Shown: positions 25,801 to 38,400 of the stretch, piece after piece
How positions within the stretch are numbered: the first letter of the stretch is position 1
How the letters are laid out: every line of letters begins with the position of its first letter
DNA from: Intoshia linei
Lineage: Eukaryota; Animalia; Orthonectida
Assembly: GCA_001642005.1 (NCBI GenBank)
Contig: LWCA01000061.1
Coordinates: forward strand, 1,093-65,092
Length of the DNA: 64,000 nt
Reading direction: 5' to 3'
The notes under the pieces: generated by a model
Seen by the model: only the letters and a program-made list of their open reading frames with translations
Told to the model about the DNA's origin: nothing
Databases searched by the model: none
Translations under genes and position numbers: made by a program

Positions 25801-26041
25801 ATTACTGGCATTGAACTTTGCTCAATACGACATTAACCGAATCATGCAAGCAAGGCAATCGATAGGGTATATCTTCAAATATTGAACGTTTATTTAATTT
25901 ATGGTGTATTGAAGTATAATTTGAATTGGTTTCATTGATATAGGTAATATTGTCAGGTTTAAAATTTACATATCCTGAAATTGGACTTGAGAAGGAATAT
26001 AATTTGAATATGTACAGAAACAGAAATATAAACAATTTCAT
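13826..26041 (-). CDS. Notch: Notch receptor, ~1833 aa, 14 exons
   Basis: Exons 26041-25806, 25471-25326, 23360-23271, 23235-23034, 22994-22861, 22827-22705, 22664-22443, 22397-22239, 22200-22003, 19778-19653, 19616-19497, 19452-19389, 19209-19040 and 17337-13826 total 5502 nt, all GT-AG and in frame. Architecture: signal peptide, ~23 EGF, one LNR, NOD/NODP-like region, TM + RKR, 7 ankyrin repeats in Notch order (GETALHIAA, GYTPLHTAV, GLTPINLASRL, PIHWAS, QTPLHFAA, QTPLDLA plus a degenerate first repeat), basic NLS, N/Q-rich and Ser-rich tail. Confidence 0.95.
17762..18916 (+). mobile_element. Complete non-autonomous Helitron (subfamily B, 1155 bp) in Notch intron 13
   Basis: A|TCCTTACTTATATAAAG ... 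GCTAGGTGCTGTTGGTACGTAGTACATAACAGTCCACTAG|T. Shows TC start, CTAG end, subterminal hairpin, A/T insertion site, and no TSD or TIR. Confidence 0.88.
19834..20266 (+). mobile_element. hAT MITE (433 bp)
   Basis: TIRs CAGTGGCGGATCTAGG / CCTAGATCCGCTACTA; 8-bp TSD AGTTAGAC/AGTTAAAC (7/8 match). Confidence 0.85.
20356..21350 (+). mobile_element. Helitron subfamily A copy, 3' end replaced by a hAT-like element (21351-~21867)
   Basis: A|TCCTTACTTGTAAAA...TACGCGATTTTTGTTTGTGTGTGTG start, colinear with 745-1490. Contains the assembly N at 20999. Confidence 0.8.
23460..23690. repeat. Degenerate ~58-60-bp tandem repeat in Notch intron 2
   Basis: Recurring AAATTTGGTAGGGTTTTAAGG...CAATTTTTAAA units (3-4 copies). 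A similar TTGGTAAAA...GGATTTTT minisatellite lies at 54260-54450. Confidence 0.6.
24400..25005 (-). mobile_element. hAT element with C-terminal dimerisation-domain remnant (24576-24810)
   Basis: ILSIPVNNAFVKRIFSIMESVWRKDRNKMRISLVKAEISIRINF matches the hAT SxPxSNAxxERxFS...RN.L motif. Terminus CATGGTTGCCAACTGCG on the minus strand. A shorter sister copy lacking the coding piece is at 40346-40720. Confidence 0.85.
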
Positions 26042-27003
26042 AGGATAAATTACAATTGTTGTTTTAGTTTAGTTATGTATAAATGGATAAATTTGTAACT
26101 CAATCACTTCATTTTCATATTTTTATCTTGACGATATTAAATCTACTTGTTCATCTCGTATTCTTTGGTTGATTATATAATTGCACTTGAAAAATGACTT
26201 GAATTTCAAATGGCGATACCAAATTAGTTTACATAACAATAGAGGCGGTATTATCTACGAAGTATACAATTACTAAATTGTTTCAACTTGCTGAAAAACA
26301 ATTTAACAATAAATCATGTCACTAAATTCCAAGTTTTGGCATATTCTTTTGTTTGCAGATTGCAAATCAAAACTTTTCATATTTATTTGAGTATTTAATT
26401 ATGTTATGTTTTTGTTATTAATATATTTTTATTTAGTTCGTTAGTGCAAAAATGTTTTTTTTATTTCAATTGTCTTGACCTTTCATCAAAATGTTACTAA
26501 ATGTAAATGTCATTATTTAAGTCATTTTGACATCTATAATACGGTGGAAACTTAATTAAATAAATAATATTTTAGTCGAGTAGAAAACATTTACTTATTG
26601 AATCAAAAAAATTTATCCGAAACAGGTCAAAAATGTTTTGCGGCGTTAATCCATTGACAATATAAAAATAGCTTTCGTTTAAATTTTAAAATGTTACATT
26701 CCAAAAAATAACATTTTTAATGGATAAAAAATAGTTCATTGCCCCTTATATTATGGATAATCGAATATTATCAAACTCTTGGGAAAAATGAAAATTTTGT
26801 AAACGTAGGATTGTGTGAATGCGTAATATTACTAATATGTGACAAATTACAGTTAAAACTTGTATAAATTCGTGATTCATGATGTACAATATGTAATACA
26901 CATTGAGCGACAATTAACAGTGTCAATTTTACACTACTGTAGTTTCAAAAATAATTTATTCTACTTGTGTAATTTCTAGAAATTTATTCAAATTGATACA
27001 ATT

Positions 27004-29490
27004 ATGAATATTGCAAATAATATTCTAATAAAAAAGTGTAAATGTATCTACATTACTCAATTGTATAAATCCTATTCAAAATTTGAAAATATACACAAAA
27101 AAAATTCCATTCAATTAACTGCTTTGCAACAACATCTTTTGTCAATTACATCTTCTTATATGTGTCTTTTTCACCCTGAAAGAGGAGGTAATATTTTGAC
27201 TTTCTCTTTACATATTATAAAACGTATACGTGTTTAAGAACGGCATTACAAATTATAAGAAATTAAATCAGCAGAAATTTAATTTCATACCAAATGTACC
27301 AATGTATTACGAAAAAAGTAATCCTCTTAAAATCTACCGTTTTGAGGAAAATTTTTGCGTGAGATACCCCGCCTTTTGTGGCACTGTGATAAAATTACGG
27401 CCCAAACCGGGGTCAGATTGTATAGTTATTGTGCCGGAAAAAATACGGGAAAATATTTTTAACTACTGAAATAAAAAATTTTCATTTTCGAAAAAAAGAT
27501 AATTTATTTGAAATACATGTATTTGCGTTAATTATCCTTACTTACAGTATATACAATTATAATCCTTGCGTATGTTAATGGTTGAAAATGCATGTCTGTT
27601 TATTTGTTTGTTCCAGTTGATTTGAGACAGTAAGGGGAGTCGAGTTTTACAAATTCCATATTCTTATAACAGTGTTTCCAGAGTGATGTTTTATCGCAAA
27701 TTTCAATTTTAGAAATTAAGGTTAAAAACCACATTCTCCTTCGTTTTTAAATTCAAACCCGTACAATAATTATAAAAAATATACATTCTAAGGAAAAGTT
27801 TCAAATTCATCAATATTATGATAATTTCAATTTTATGATATCTTCACGGCTAAAACCACAAATTATTCCTTTTTGTAAAAATTAAGAAAGTCATATAATT
27901 TTATACAACATAAATTCTGGGATGGTTTTTAAATCCATAAGTATTATCATAAATGGTAATTTTCACGGTGAAAAACCTAGATTACCATTTTTTTAAAAAA
28001 TGAAAACAGCCCTAGAATTTAAAAAAAATTACAGATGAGTTATATCCAGTTAACACACCAAAAATTTGAATCTGATAAAGTGATGCTTTCATGGTCAAAA
28101 AACCAGTTTAGTATTCATTTTTTTTTTATTGAAGAAACTATTTTATTAAAATAAAAATTGAAAAATTAACGGTCGTATAATAATAAAAAAAAATTATTCT
28201 GATACAGCTTATTCCAGTTGATATAAATACAAAGTTCAACTCTAGAAATCTACGCATTTCTGGTGAAAATTAATTTTTAATATATTATCAACCAGTATTT
28301 TTCAAATCTAACATTATGTAAAATTTAAAAGGTAAATTCATCCTACAATTTTTAAAAAAATTGGAATTTACTGTGTATCAATTTTAAATACAGAAATATG
28401 GATTTCAATCCCATCAATTTATTACTTCTGTTTTTATATCATTGCTATGTAATTTCTCATTTTCAAAAACTTAGTTTATAATCAAATGAAGTATAACTTT
28501 GTTATTATCATACAGATGTATTGAGATTTATATTATTTTAACAGTCCATGGGCAATCAAATTTGGGAAGCACTCCTTTAAAAGAGTGGCAATGGTGAATA
28601 GGAGCATATTTATTTAAGATTTTATTTTTTGGGTAGAATTAAAAAAGTCCCCCTCGGCAGAGCTACATACTGTTTGTACGATGTACATTACAGTCTAGCT
28701 TGTAGTATATAAAATAATGGGTTGTAAGTAATTGATAACTTAGATATGGTTGCCACATTTGGTGAAGTATCTGCATCTTGCTTTGTACAAAACCTGCACT
28801 CAAAAATGCTTAAAAATAAAATTGGTTGTAAAATTTTAAGGTTAACTCTCAAACTAGTTACCTCATTTTTTCAATCTTTAGAGAAAAGCCAATTTTGTCA
28901 ACTAAATATTTAAATATTGAATATGAAAAATTACGTTGTCTACCGAAAGACACATTCGGATACGTTTACTACCAGTTTATGAAATCTAATGTAATGGATA
29001 GATACAGTACTTTTATATTTTGTGCTTAATTATCCATAATGTTAAAATGGTTGTAGAATATAAATATGGACGACCGACCACCAATTCAGTTTGTTAATGA
29101 CGTTGAATTGGCTTACGTTATGCTTAGATATCGACAAATCCATGATTTTATACACACATTAACTAATCAACCTACTAATTTAATTGGCGAAATTACAGTA
29201 AAAATAATTGAAGCATATCAAACTAAATTACCAATGTGTGTATTAGGATCCATTTTTGCTCCGCTGCGATTAAAAAACAAGTAACTTGTATCAAATTTAA
29301 AATATAATTTAGACATTTTCATTTTTTTTTAAAGCACAATTTGTACTGGGCAATAAAGACTGCTGCAATGTCTCCACTATTCATCAACGTATATTACGAG
29401 AAAGAATGGAATACACCTATTAATGAATTACGTGACAGATTAAAAATTTACAATATACCAAATACACCAATGAAAAAATTGTATAAATAA
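27004..29490 (+). CDS. COQ4: Ubiquinone biosynthesis protein COQ4, ~263 aa, 5 exons
   Basis: Exons 27004-27187, 28744-28840, 28882-28990, 29057-29280 and 29313-29490 total 792 nt. Translation includes FHPERGDMVATFGE, LPKDTFGYVY, DRPPIQFVNDVELAYVMLRYRQIHDFIHTL...GEITVKIIEAYQTKLPMC (HDxxH-x11-E zinc motif) and NVYYEKEWNTPINELR. Confidence 0.96.
27535..28702 (+). mobile_element. Near-complete Helitron (subfamily B) in COQ4 intron 1
   Basis: A|TCCTTACTTA start; colinear with 17762-18916. The 3' hairpin CTGTTTGTACGATGTACATTACAG is followed by CTAGCTTG|T. Confidence 0.8.
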
Positions 29491-29494
29491 ACGT

Positions 29495-32400
29495 TTATGA
29501 AAAATATAAATGATTTAAATCTCTCATAATATCTGCAATATTCAACAAATTAAATGAAGATTCGTAAATGTATCGTATGGCTAATTGAGATATTTTGGTG
29601 GAATATTGTTCGTTTTTCTTTGATAAAAGTACTTTAAATGTTTTTTCAGTGAATTTTACAAAATCTGACGAATAAGGTAAATCCCATTGTGACAAATGAA
29701 TTGAACTGTCGTATCTAACATTGTTATTTTTAGAATACAAATTTGCAGATAAAAACACTGCAACAAATGCCATGTATTGTACATATCTAGGTAACATTAG
29801 ATTTTACATTAAATAAAAATTACGGAGTAGCATTGTTGAGTGGTATAGGCATAATTGAATGTAAATGGCGTTTGAGCAATTTTACGTCAATTATTTCGAC
29901 AAAATCTTTAATTTCTCGACCCAGTTCTTGTAATAATGGGCTATCCGGGTATACAAGTTTATCAATAAAGGAAAACATGTCATTTAGTAATATTATTACA
30001 TATCGGGTTTGATTCATACTAAACAGTATAATTATCACATGAGCGTTTTTAAAAAATTACTCTGTACAAAATTCAATTATAATCTTTGAATACAATTTAA
30101 ATATTTCAATTAGTTTGTTTTTATCGCTCAAATATACATTTCGAAGGTATTTTATTAAAACTGCAAAAACTATTGCAGTTATAGGACATTTAGCCGGAAG
30201 TAAACTTTTTGTTAAAGTGTCGTTAATAATTTTTGACAGTGTTTTTCTTTTACTAAGAATTGGTCGGCAAGAATATAATGCTGTCTGAATGATATCATGG
30301 ACATGATTTACATTGGATTCCTTTATGTGCTCAATTATGACTTCAAATGAATTGGTTTCTATTTTAATAATCAAATAAATTGTAGTTTTGGACAACGTGG
30401 TCAATGATATAATTATTAATTACCTTTTGAAAAGTTATCCATCATGGCATTACAAAGACTGTACAAAATATCTGATCTATACATTCTCAACATAATGAGA
30501 GCGATAAACCTTTCAATGAAATTGCTCATTTTTTCATCGGTTTTTTGATTTGTTGATAGAACAAACATCCATTCAATGGTCGTGTTTATAAATAACTGGA
30601 TATTGTTGTATTCAACGCAATTTAGTAATGATATAATAGGCTTATATATAATGTCCATATTTTTCATTGAGTTTGTTGCTAATAAAAATATTATAAATAT
30701 TAACGTGAAAGTCAATATTCCGCAAAAATTGAGAATATATTACAATATCATTACAATAAATCACATTATAAACCAACCCAATTTTACAATGGTTTCGATC
30801 CCTCGGATTTATGCGACATTGTATGTACTCAATGAAATATAAATTAAACCACATTTTTAGTCAAAAGATCTGATGATTAGTTAGAGGTAATGAAAAAAAG
30901 ATTGGGAACGCCTGGATTAGATTGTACAAACATTTAATGGTTTTTAAAATTACTTGGTATCGATGAAAGAATAATAGTAACATCTTCCAATAACATTGAG
31001 TACAGTTTTATCGTAAGATTGGCATGGTTTGAAATTTTAGGTAACAATTGCTGTACAACTGACGTTATCATTACAACATAAATCATATGATGACTTTTTA
31101 CTTGTTCTTTATCATCTTCACTGCAATCATATTTTATGTTACATGTAAGGCTATGTAAAACTCTAAAATTAAAATATAAATCAGCTTTACAATGTCTACA
31201 TTTTTTGTTAGTATAACGGATTTTCAAATTATGGGCTGGCAAAAAACAAAATATGCATGTATTAGATAAAATTATCAATTTATGATTAATAACTATTTAA
31301 TTTATGATGAATTACTCTAATAAACTTTTTAAGATAATACAGTATCGAAAATTTTATTCTTAGAAATTGAAATTTTCAGGCTCAAACCACGATTTTCAAA
31401 AATTGAAAAAAACGATAAATATCAACACCCACATTCAATTAGGTATTTAAAATTTTATTTTTTCAACTTATTTTTGGTCTATCCGTTTGTCAATTAAAAA
31501 AGTCGGCCCTTGACACGGCCAATTACAGTTTGTACAAAATAGAAAACAGACAAACTAGTATTTAATATAATACTGTGCTAACACACTACCTGAACAAAAT
31601 GGAAAATTGTTCCAAGCTATCTATAAACATATCGATTGATAGATTATTCATAACAACTGTTACAGCCGCAACAAGAGAATCTGCGTCAATGTACTTACTT
31701 TTCAAATTTGTTATAACATTGATGTAGTCATAAAAGTCGTTTTTCTAAAATGATTTACATACAAAAAATAACGTAAATGTATTTAGAAAAGTCAATCACA
31801 AAAATTGACACACACCATAAAAAAAGGTAAAAATATATTATCATGCACCCACACCTTGCTACTTATCAACTTCGACATTTCCAGTAACCTGTTGAAAATT
31901 TTTAACTATAAAAGTATAGGCTTATAAGTAACCCTATTGAGCAGGCTATATTGTCATCAATGTAATCATCGTGAACATTAATACAGTACGTAAAATTTAC
32001 CTTTATTGGATTGTCGACGAGAGCATGGCAAAAGACTCCTAAAAGGTTTCTATGATAAATTCGGATGAAATTATCATCTTCTGTTTTTAATATTTTATTT
32101 GAAATGGAAATCCAATCTACATCCGCCAATATTTTCATAATAATTGGTTTATTATCATTAGTATTGCAGTATTTTGTCTATATGAATGATTTAACAAAAT
32201 TGTAAATTGTAAATTTTATTTATTTTACTTTTAAATTTAAAAAATTACCATCAACATAATTGTACTTTCACAGGGTTGAAAATGTTTCCAATTAATCTTG
32301 ACAAATTGATCCCGATAAACACAATTCATAAACAAACAATTTGAGTTTTCGATATTTTTTTCATAGTAATTTAAGGCCAAATTTAGAGGTAAATTATTTA

Positions 32401-35400
32401 CATTAATATCAAAATCTAATTGAAAACCATAAAATGTATAATGAAATGGTTTTTTTATTTATACAACGTAAAAAAAGTATTGTCTATTTAGCTCTACCGA
32501 GAGCGGACGCATTATCGTTGCCCGCAGGGGCGATTCATTCAGTTAGGAGACGATTTTAAATATATTACATGGACTAGTATATAATGTAGAGTGAGATGTT
32601 GATGAATTTTTTAGTTGTAAGGGTAGATTTTTATAGCAAGTTTTAGAAAATTTTATCAAGTGGCGGTCGACCAAACTATTTTGGAAACCCCTGGCTACAT
32701 TATCATAAAAAATTTTTGGAAACGTTTATATATACTTTATTTATATTATAAATATTTATTATATATACTTTACATTTATTATTACACATGTTGTTTGCGA
32801 CACGACAATTATTAATTATTATAAAAAAGAGCTTTCCAAATAATTTAAAATTTTGTTAAGTGGAATCGTTAGGTGATACAGGGACATGTACACGGAAATA
32901 GAGTAAGTTATATTTTAGATATATGTAACCAAATAATGGCAATGGATATATTTATCCGTTGTGGCGCGTAACTACGCACACAAATTTTTAACTTTTTCAT
33001 CGGTCAAAATTTTGTTAGACTTAAAAACGTTCAAAACCGATGAAACTGACATGCTCTAATATAGTATAATTAATCAAATGTTGCAAAAAGCAAAAAATTT
33101 TGATGAAAACGAAAAAATATTGAAATTTTTAAACAAATTTTTTCATAATTATGACAATACATTTATGTATTAATAATTATAATCAAATTTTCTACATGTA
33201 ACCAAGTTAATAGTAAATTTTCAACAAAGACCGCCTTCTAGCAGCCTCATTTTTCTAAAAACATGGTTTTGAAAGCAGCCATTACATCTATATATTTCTT
33301 GTAATGAAATCTAATTTGATAAAATATTAAAAATTTAAAATACAGTAAATGTAAATTTAAATTAAATTTGAGAATCAATAGTAACACAACTGTTTGAATG
33401 GACTAAAAAATTAAAAAATTAAATTTGTATTTCAGCGGTTGAAGGCTAGATAATCAAATTCTAAGTAAAAGTGTAAAATGACGTTTCTAGGTAGACTACC
33501 ATCGTTTCTAGGGAAACGGTAATAACTAGGATAACAAACATTATAATTCAATTGATTTATTTTTAAATGCCAAGTGTGGTTCTTTTAAGAGTTAGATAAA
33601 TTTTATCTAATGAATTATTTTATTTTGTTTGATTTTATGATAAAATCAAATACATTTTGTCTGTAATAAAAAGTTCTATCTTGCCCATGGGCTACTTTTT
33701 CATTTATAAAAAAGGAGTTTGAATATAGTTATATATACTTAAACACTGTTAACATATTTAGTATATAAAATTATATTTTTATAACCACATGTGTATTTAG
33801 AAATTTAGTAACCCTCGGCGTACAATAAAATTTAAAAAATGTGAAATTTAAATAAAAAACCTAAATATGTATCCATAAGTTTAACAATAACCGAAAAAAA
33901 CATTTCAATCATTTCATAAACATTAATTTCATCATTTTGATTCCACGGTAGATATTGGTTGTTCAAATCAGTGCTTTTAATTGGTTTAATCCAAGGTTCA
34001 TAGAATGTTATAATAGATTCCCACAATAAGGAAACTCCTAAAATAAAATAATTCGAAATAAAAAAAATAACAAATTACTTTCATCGTCTTTTAAAATGGA
34101 AAACGTCGGATCACTAAACGACATTTCAATGGATTTGATTGAAATCAAATGAAACAATTGACTAAACGGTGTAGTATACTTTGACCAAAAAGAATATAAA
34201 GTAGATTTTTCAGGTAAACTAACAATGTGTCCATTTTTTAACTGTTTAACCATTTCTACTTGATTTTCTTGACTTTTTAAATTGTACTTTGTATAGTTTT
34301 TTGTATCAATTTCAAGTTTTTCAATTAAACTTAGGCGATGCTTCATTAAATAATTTGAAACCAATTTCATTATTTCATGAACCTAAAAAAATTCAATTTA
34401 TTTCAATAATAAACATTATATACATCTTGAATCAGAATATTTTTTAAAATTTCTTCACCATTTTCTTTTGTAATATCATAAAGATCACTCCAAATTTGAG
34501 CATTATTAATTTTATTTTTAGACACTAAATTAAAATGATAAATTTTAAAACATACTAATCTACATTCGAGTAACTCAAATAAAACTACATGGTAGTGTGT
34601 TTTAAATGTATGAGTTATAATTATTTTGAAATGGTCTTTTATTATCTAAATTAATGATAAATGATTTCATTATACACATATTATATAATTTACCGTTAAT
34701 AAGGCATCAACTTGACTATTATTCATTTCGTTAATTTTAAAATAAGACTGAATTATAATTTTGTATATATTTTTAATATCTTCTTCGTCTCCTTTCAGTA
34801 AACTGTACCATTTTTTAATATCAAACTAAACATGAACAATTAAATTAATCAAAATGATGAAATAACTATAATTAATGTATATATTATTTAAAATTTATTA
34901 TACCTTAGGTAGTAAATTTAGTGTAAAATCAAATTTATTTTCTTCAATTTTATTGATAGTCGTTTCGTAAAATTTTACAAAATTATTAAAATTTGTAATT
35001 GGTTGAAAAGCATTACAAACAATGCTATTTTTACAATTGTTGTTCACTATATATTGAAATAGTATATAATTGTTTTTTACATCAGTTTTTATAAATTCCT
35101 AAATATAAATTATAAAAACTATTTCATCCTTAGTTATGTAAACCAAAATTTGAATTTTAATTAATTTAAAATAAAAATTACATTTCCAATCATGTCCATT
35201 GATTTTTTAATGTGTGAATTTATCCTATAATCATATGTGGCACATTCATTAAAAATTTCAATTAAAAAATGAAAAATATTTCCACAAATATTACAAATTT
35301 CAGTCAATTTTTTTTCATTTTTGTCTTTAAGAAATTGATTTTTTAATTCAATGTAAAATCTAAATAGAAAATGGTAACTTTTGAATGAAATTTTTTACTT

Positions 35401-38400
35401 TGTTATTTGCTCAAATTGTTCAATGATTGCTACAGGTCTAATATTCATATTTTTTATGATAGTAGAAATTAAATGAATTCTAGTGCTCATATTTTCGTTC
35501 ATATTTTTTTTTAGTACTTCATTTGAAATGACAGAGTTTATCTAAACATTATACAATTTAAAAATATAGTATAAAATATAATATATGAAGTTCAAACATT
35601 TTATTATAATTATTAAAAAAATAAATAAAATCAATTCAACTCTTCAACAAATATTCAAATTCGAATAGTAGACTTGCAAATACAAGAAAAATTAAAAATA
35701 ATATTTAACCATCAATTTTAATTTCACACAACATCTAAGATCTTTTAATCATTATTCATGATATATAAAATTACTTTCGAAAAGAATAATCAATTTACCC
35801 TTTTTTTTAAAACTGCCTCACCGCTGCATGATCCTAAATATTTCTTACATTCTGCTCGACATGAAACCTAAATACATGTATCAATAAATGTATATATAAT
35901 AAAAAGGATATAATAATATTTACTGTTAATTTAATTTAATTAATATCTTAGTATGATAGTTAGCGGTGTCAACTGTCATAAATTACGACAATAATTAATA
36001 GAACAAAACATTCGAAAGCTGTCTAAAGTAATTGTAATGATCTATAACAACAAATATCATGTATCGTTATCCAACAACTAGAATTAATATCTTGTTAACA
36101 TTAACGATCTAACTTAATATCTTTACAACAAACTTAACATATTAATTATTAGTAATAATTATTAGCCATTTGAATAGAAAAATTTGAGGAATTTTATTTA
36201 CTCCTAAATATGAATACAAAAACAGATGAACACATCAAAGTGACATTAGTTAAACATTTGATAGATATAAAAGCAGAAGATCTGATAAAAATAACTGGTG
36301 TAAAAGACAATTATACGTCTATAAAATAATTGTCTTTAAAATGAAAAAAAATCCTCTCTTGGAACGTATCAAGTTAAGGCGAACTTATCGAAATGATAAC
36401 GAAACATTATTTGACTTTATATGCAGACTTAGAAATAAGAAAAAATGATAGCCACTGGTCTAGATTTAATCGATCAATACAGTAAAGAAAAATTACTTAT
36501 TATTTAGAGAATATATTTACCTCGACTAAATTGATGTGTAGACTAAAACAATTATGCTACAACGCTACTGTACGATTACGATTATGTACGATTAGAGAAA
36601 ACAGAATAGTAAGTTAATATACATTAATATTAAGAAAACAGAAGTGTAAACGTAAATACTCTGAACATGATATGAAGTCTGATATGGGTATCGGTGTGAT
36701 ATTAAGACAAAAAGACAGTGATAGCCTATGCAAGTAAAAAATTGACTGATAGCCAACACCGTTACAGTGTGATGCAGAAAGAATTATATGCCATATTCTG
36801 GGCGGTTATGAAATATAAGTAGTATTTATTTGTAAAACAATTTACAATAATAACAGACCATAATCATCCACTCGTTAATATCAGGTTGTCAAAAAATATA
36901 AAAAATTGCGTATTCGGATGGTTGCAAGTATTAGCAGAATTTAAATTTGTTATACAGTACAGACCGGGAAAAGAAAATGTAGCAGATGATGCCCTATCAC
37001 GACTACCCACAGTAAAACAATTAATCCTTCAAAGCGATATGTTTAATGTAAAAAATGCCAAGCAGAAGATCCAGCATACATTGAATTATTCAATTGCCTT
37101 ACAAAAAACACAAAATTATCAAAAATAAATCCATATTTTAAATATCAGCGAAATATTTCTGTAGAAGAAAAAGTACTCAAATTTGAGCGTGGGCTACTAG
37201 GTAAATTACCTTTAATTCCTGAAACACTGATTAATTTAATCATTAAATTTTATCATGAATCACCTTTATATGCACACCCAGGTGCAACTAAACTCAGTAA
37301 AATTATTCATAAACTCTATTTTTTCCCAAAATTATACAAAAAAATATCAGAATTTATAAAAAATTGCTCTTTATGCCAGACATCCAAATATTAAAACCAC
37401 AGAAAAAAATTACCCTTAAATCCCGTTGTTTGTTCTAAGTTTAACGAATTCTATCAAATTGATATAATGGGTCCCTTGTCTATAAGTACTCACGGTAATA
37501 AATATATTATTTCGATGATAGATCATTTTACTGCGTGGCCAGAAATGGTTGCAGTTTCTAATATTTCTGCTTAAACAGTTTGCAATGCTATATGGCAACA
37601 AATTATTTCACGCTACGGACCACCTACAAAAATCCCAACTGACCAAGGTACTCAATTTACCGGATCACTAATGGAACAGTTATCTAGTATATTTAACATT
37701 TTACACATTCTGTAAACCTTATGTACATCAACAAATAGGTTCCGTAGAAAGACTCCACAGAACGTGTAGAAAAAAACTAAGGATCCTATGTCAAGATAAA
37801 GTAGATAAATCGGATATACATCTCGATTCTGTATTGGCTAGCCTACGCTTTACACCCGCATCTAAATCAGGTGTATCTCCACTTAATTTTGGTTTACGGC
37901 ATTAATGCCAGCATTAGGACATTCTCAAACCCGTTTAAAGGAGTTAACAGCTAATGCAAAAATTCATATAAAAAGTATATTAAGCGTATGAAAAGTTATC
38001 ACGACAACTCTATCAATCGAAATTATTCTCATGATTTACTATATGAACCCAATGTTCCAATTTTATCAAAAGATAATCCATATAGACAAAATTGTAAGGA
38101 AAAAAGGAAGTGTAGTTCGATCACCTCATTATTTAGTTCCATTTATTCAGCGAAATCAACATGAATCAGTGATTAAAAGTATGATCGAGCAAAATATAAT
38201 AGAACCTAGTCAAAGTTCTTATCGTTCGAGCTGTTTCTTTGTCAATAAAAAGGATGGACATAAACGTTTAGTGCAAGATTATCGTAAACTTAATGATGCC
38301 ACGATTCGTGATACATACCCACCACCTTCATTACGAAATTGTATAGATTTCCTTGCGGGTAACACTATCTTCTCAACATTGGACCTTACTAGTGGGTTTT

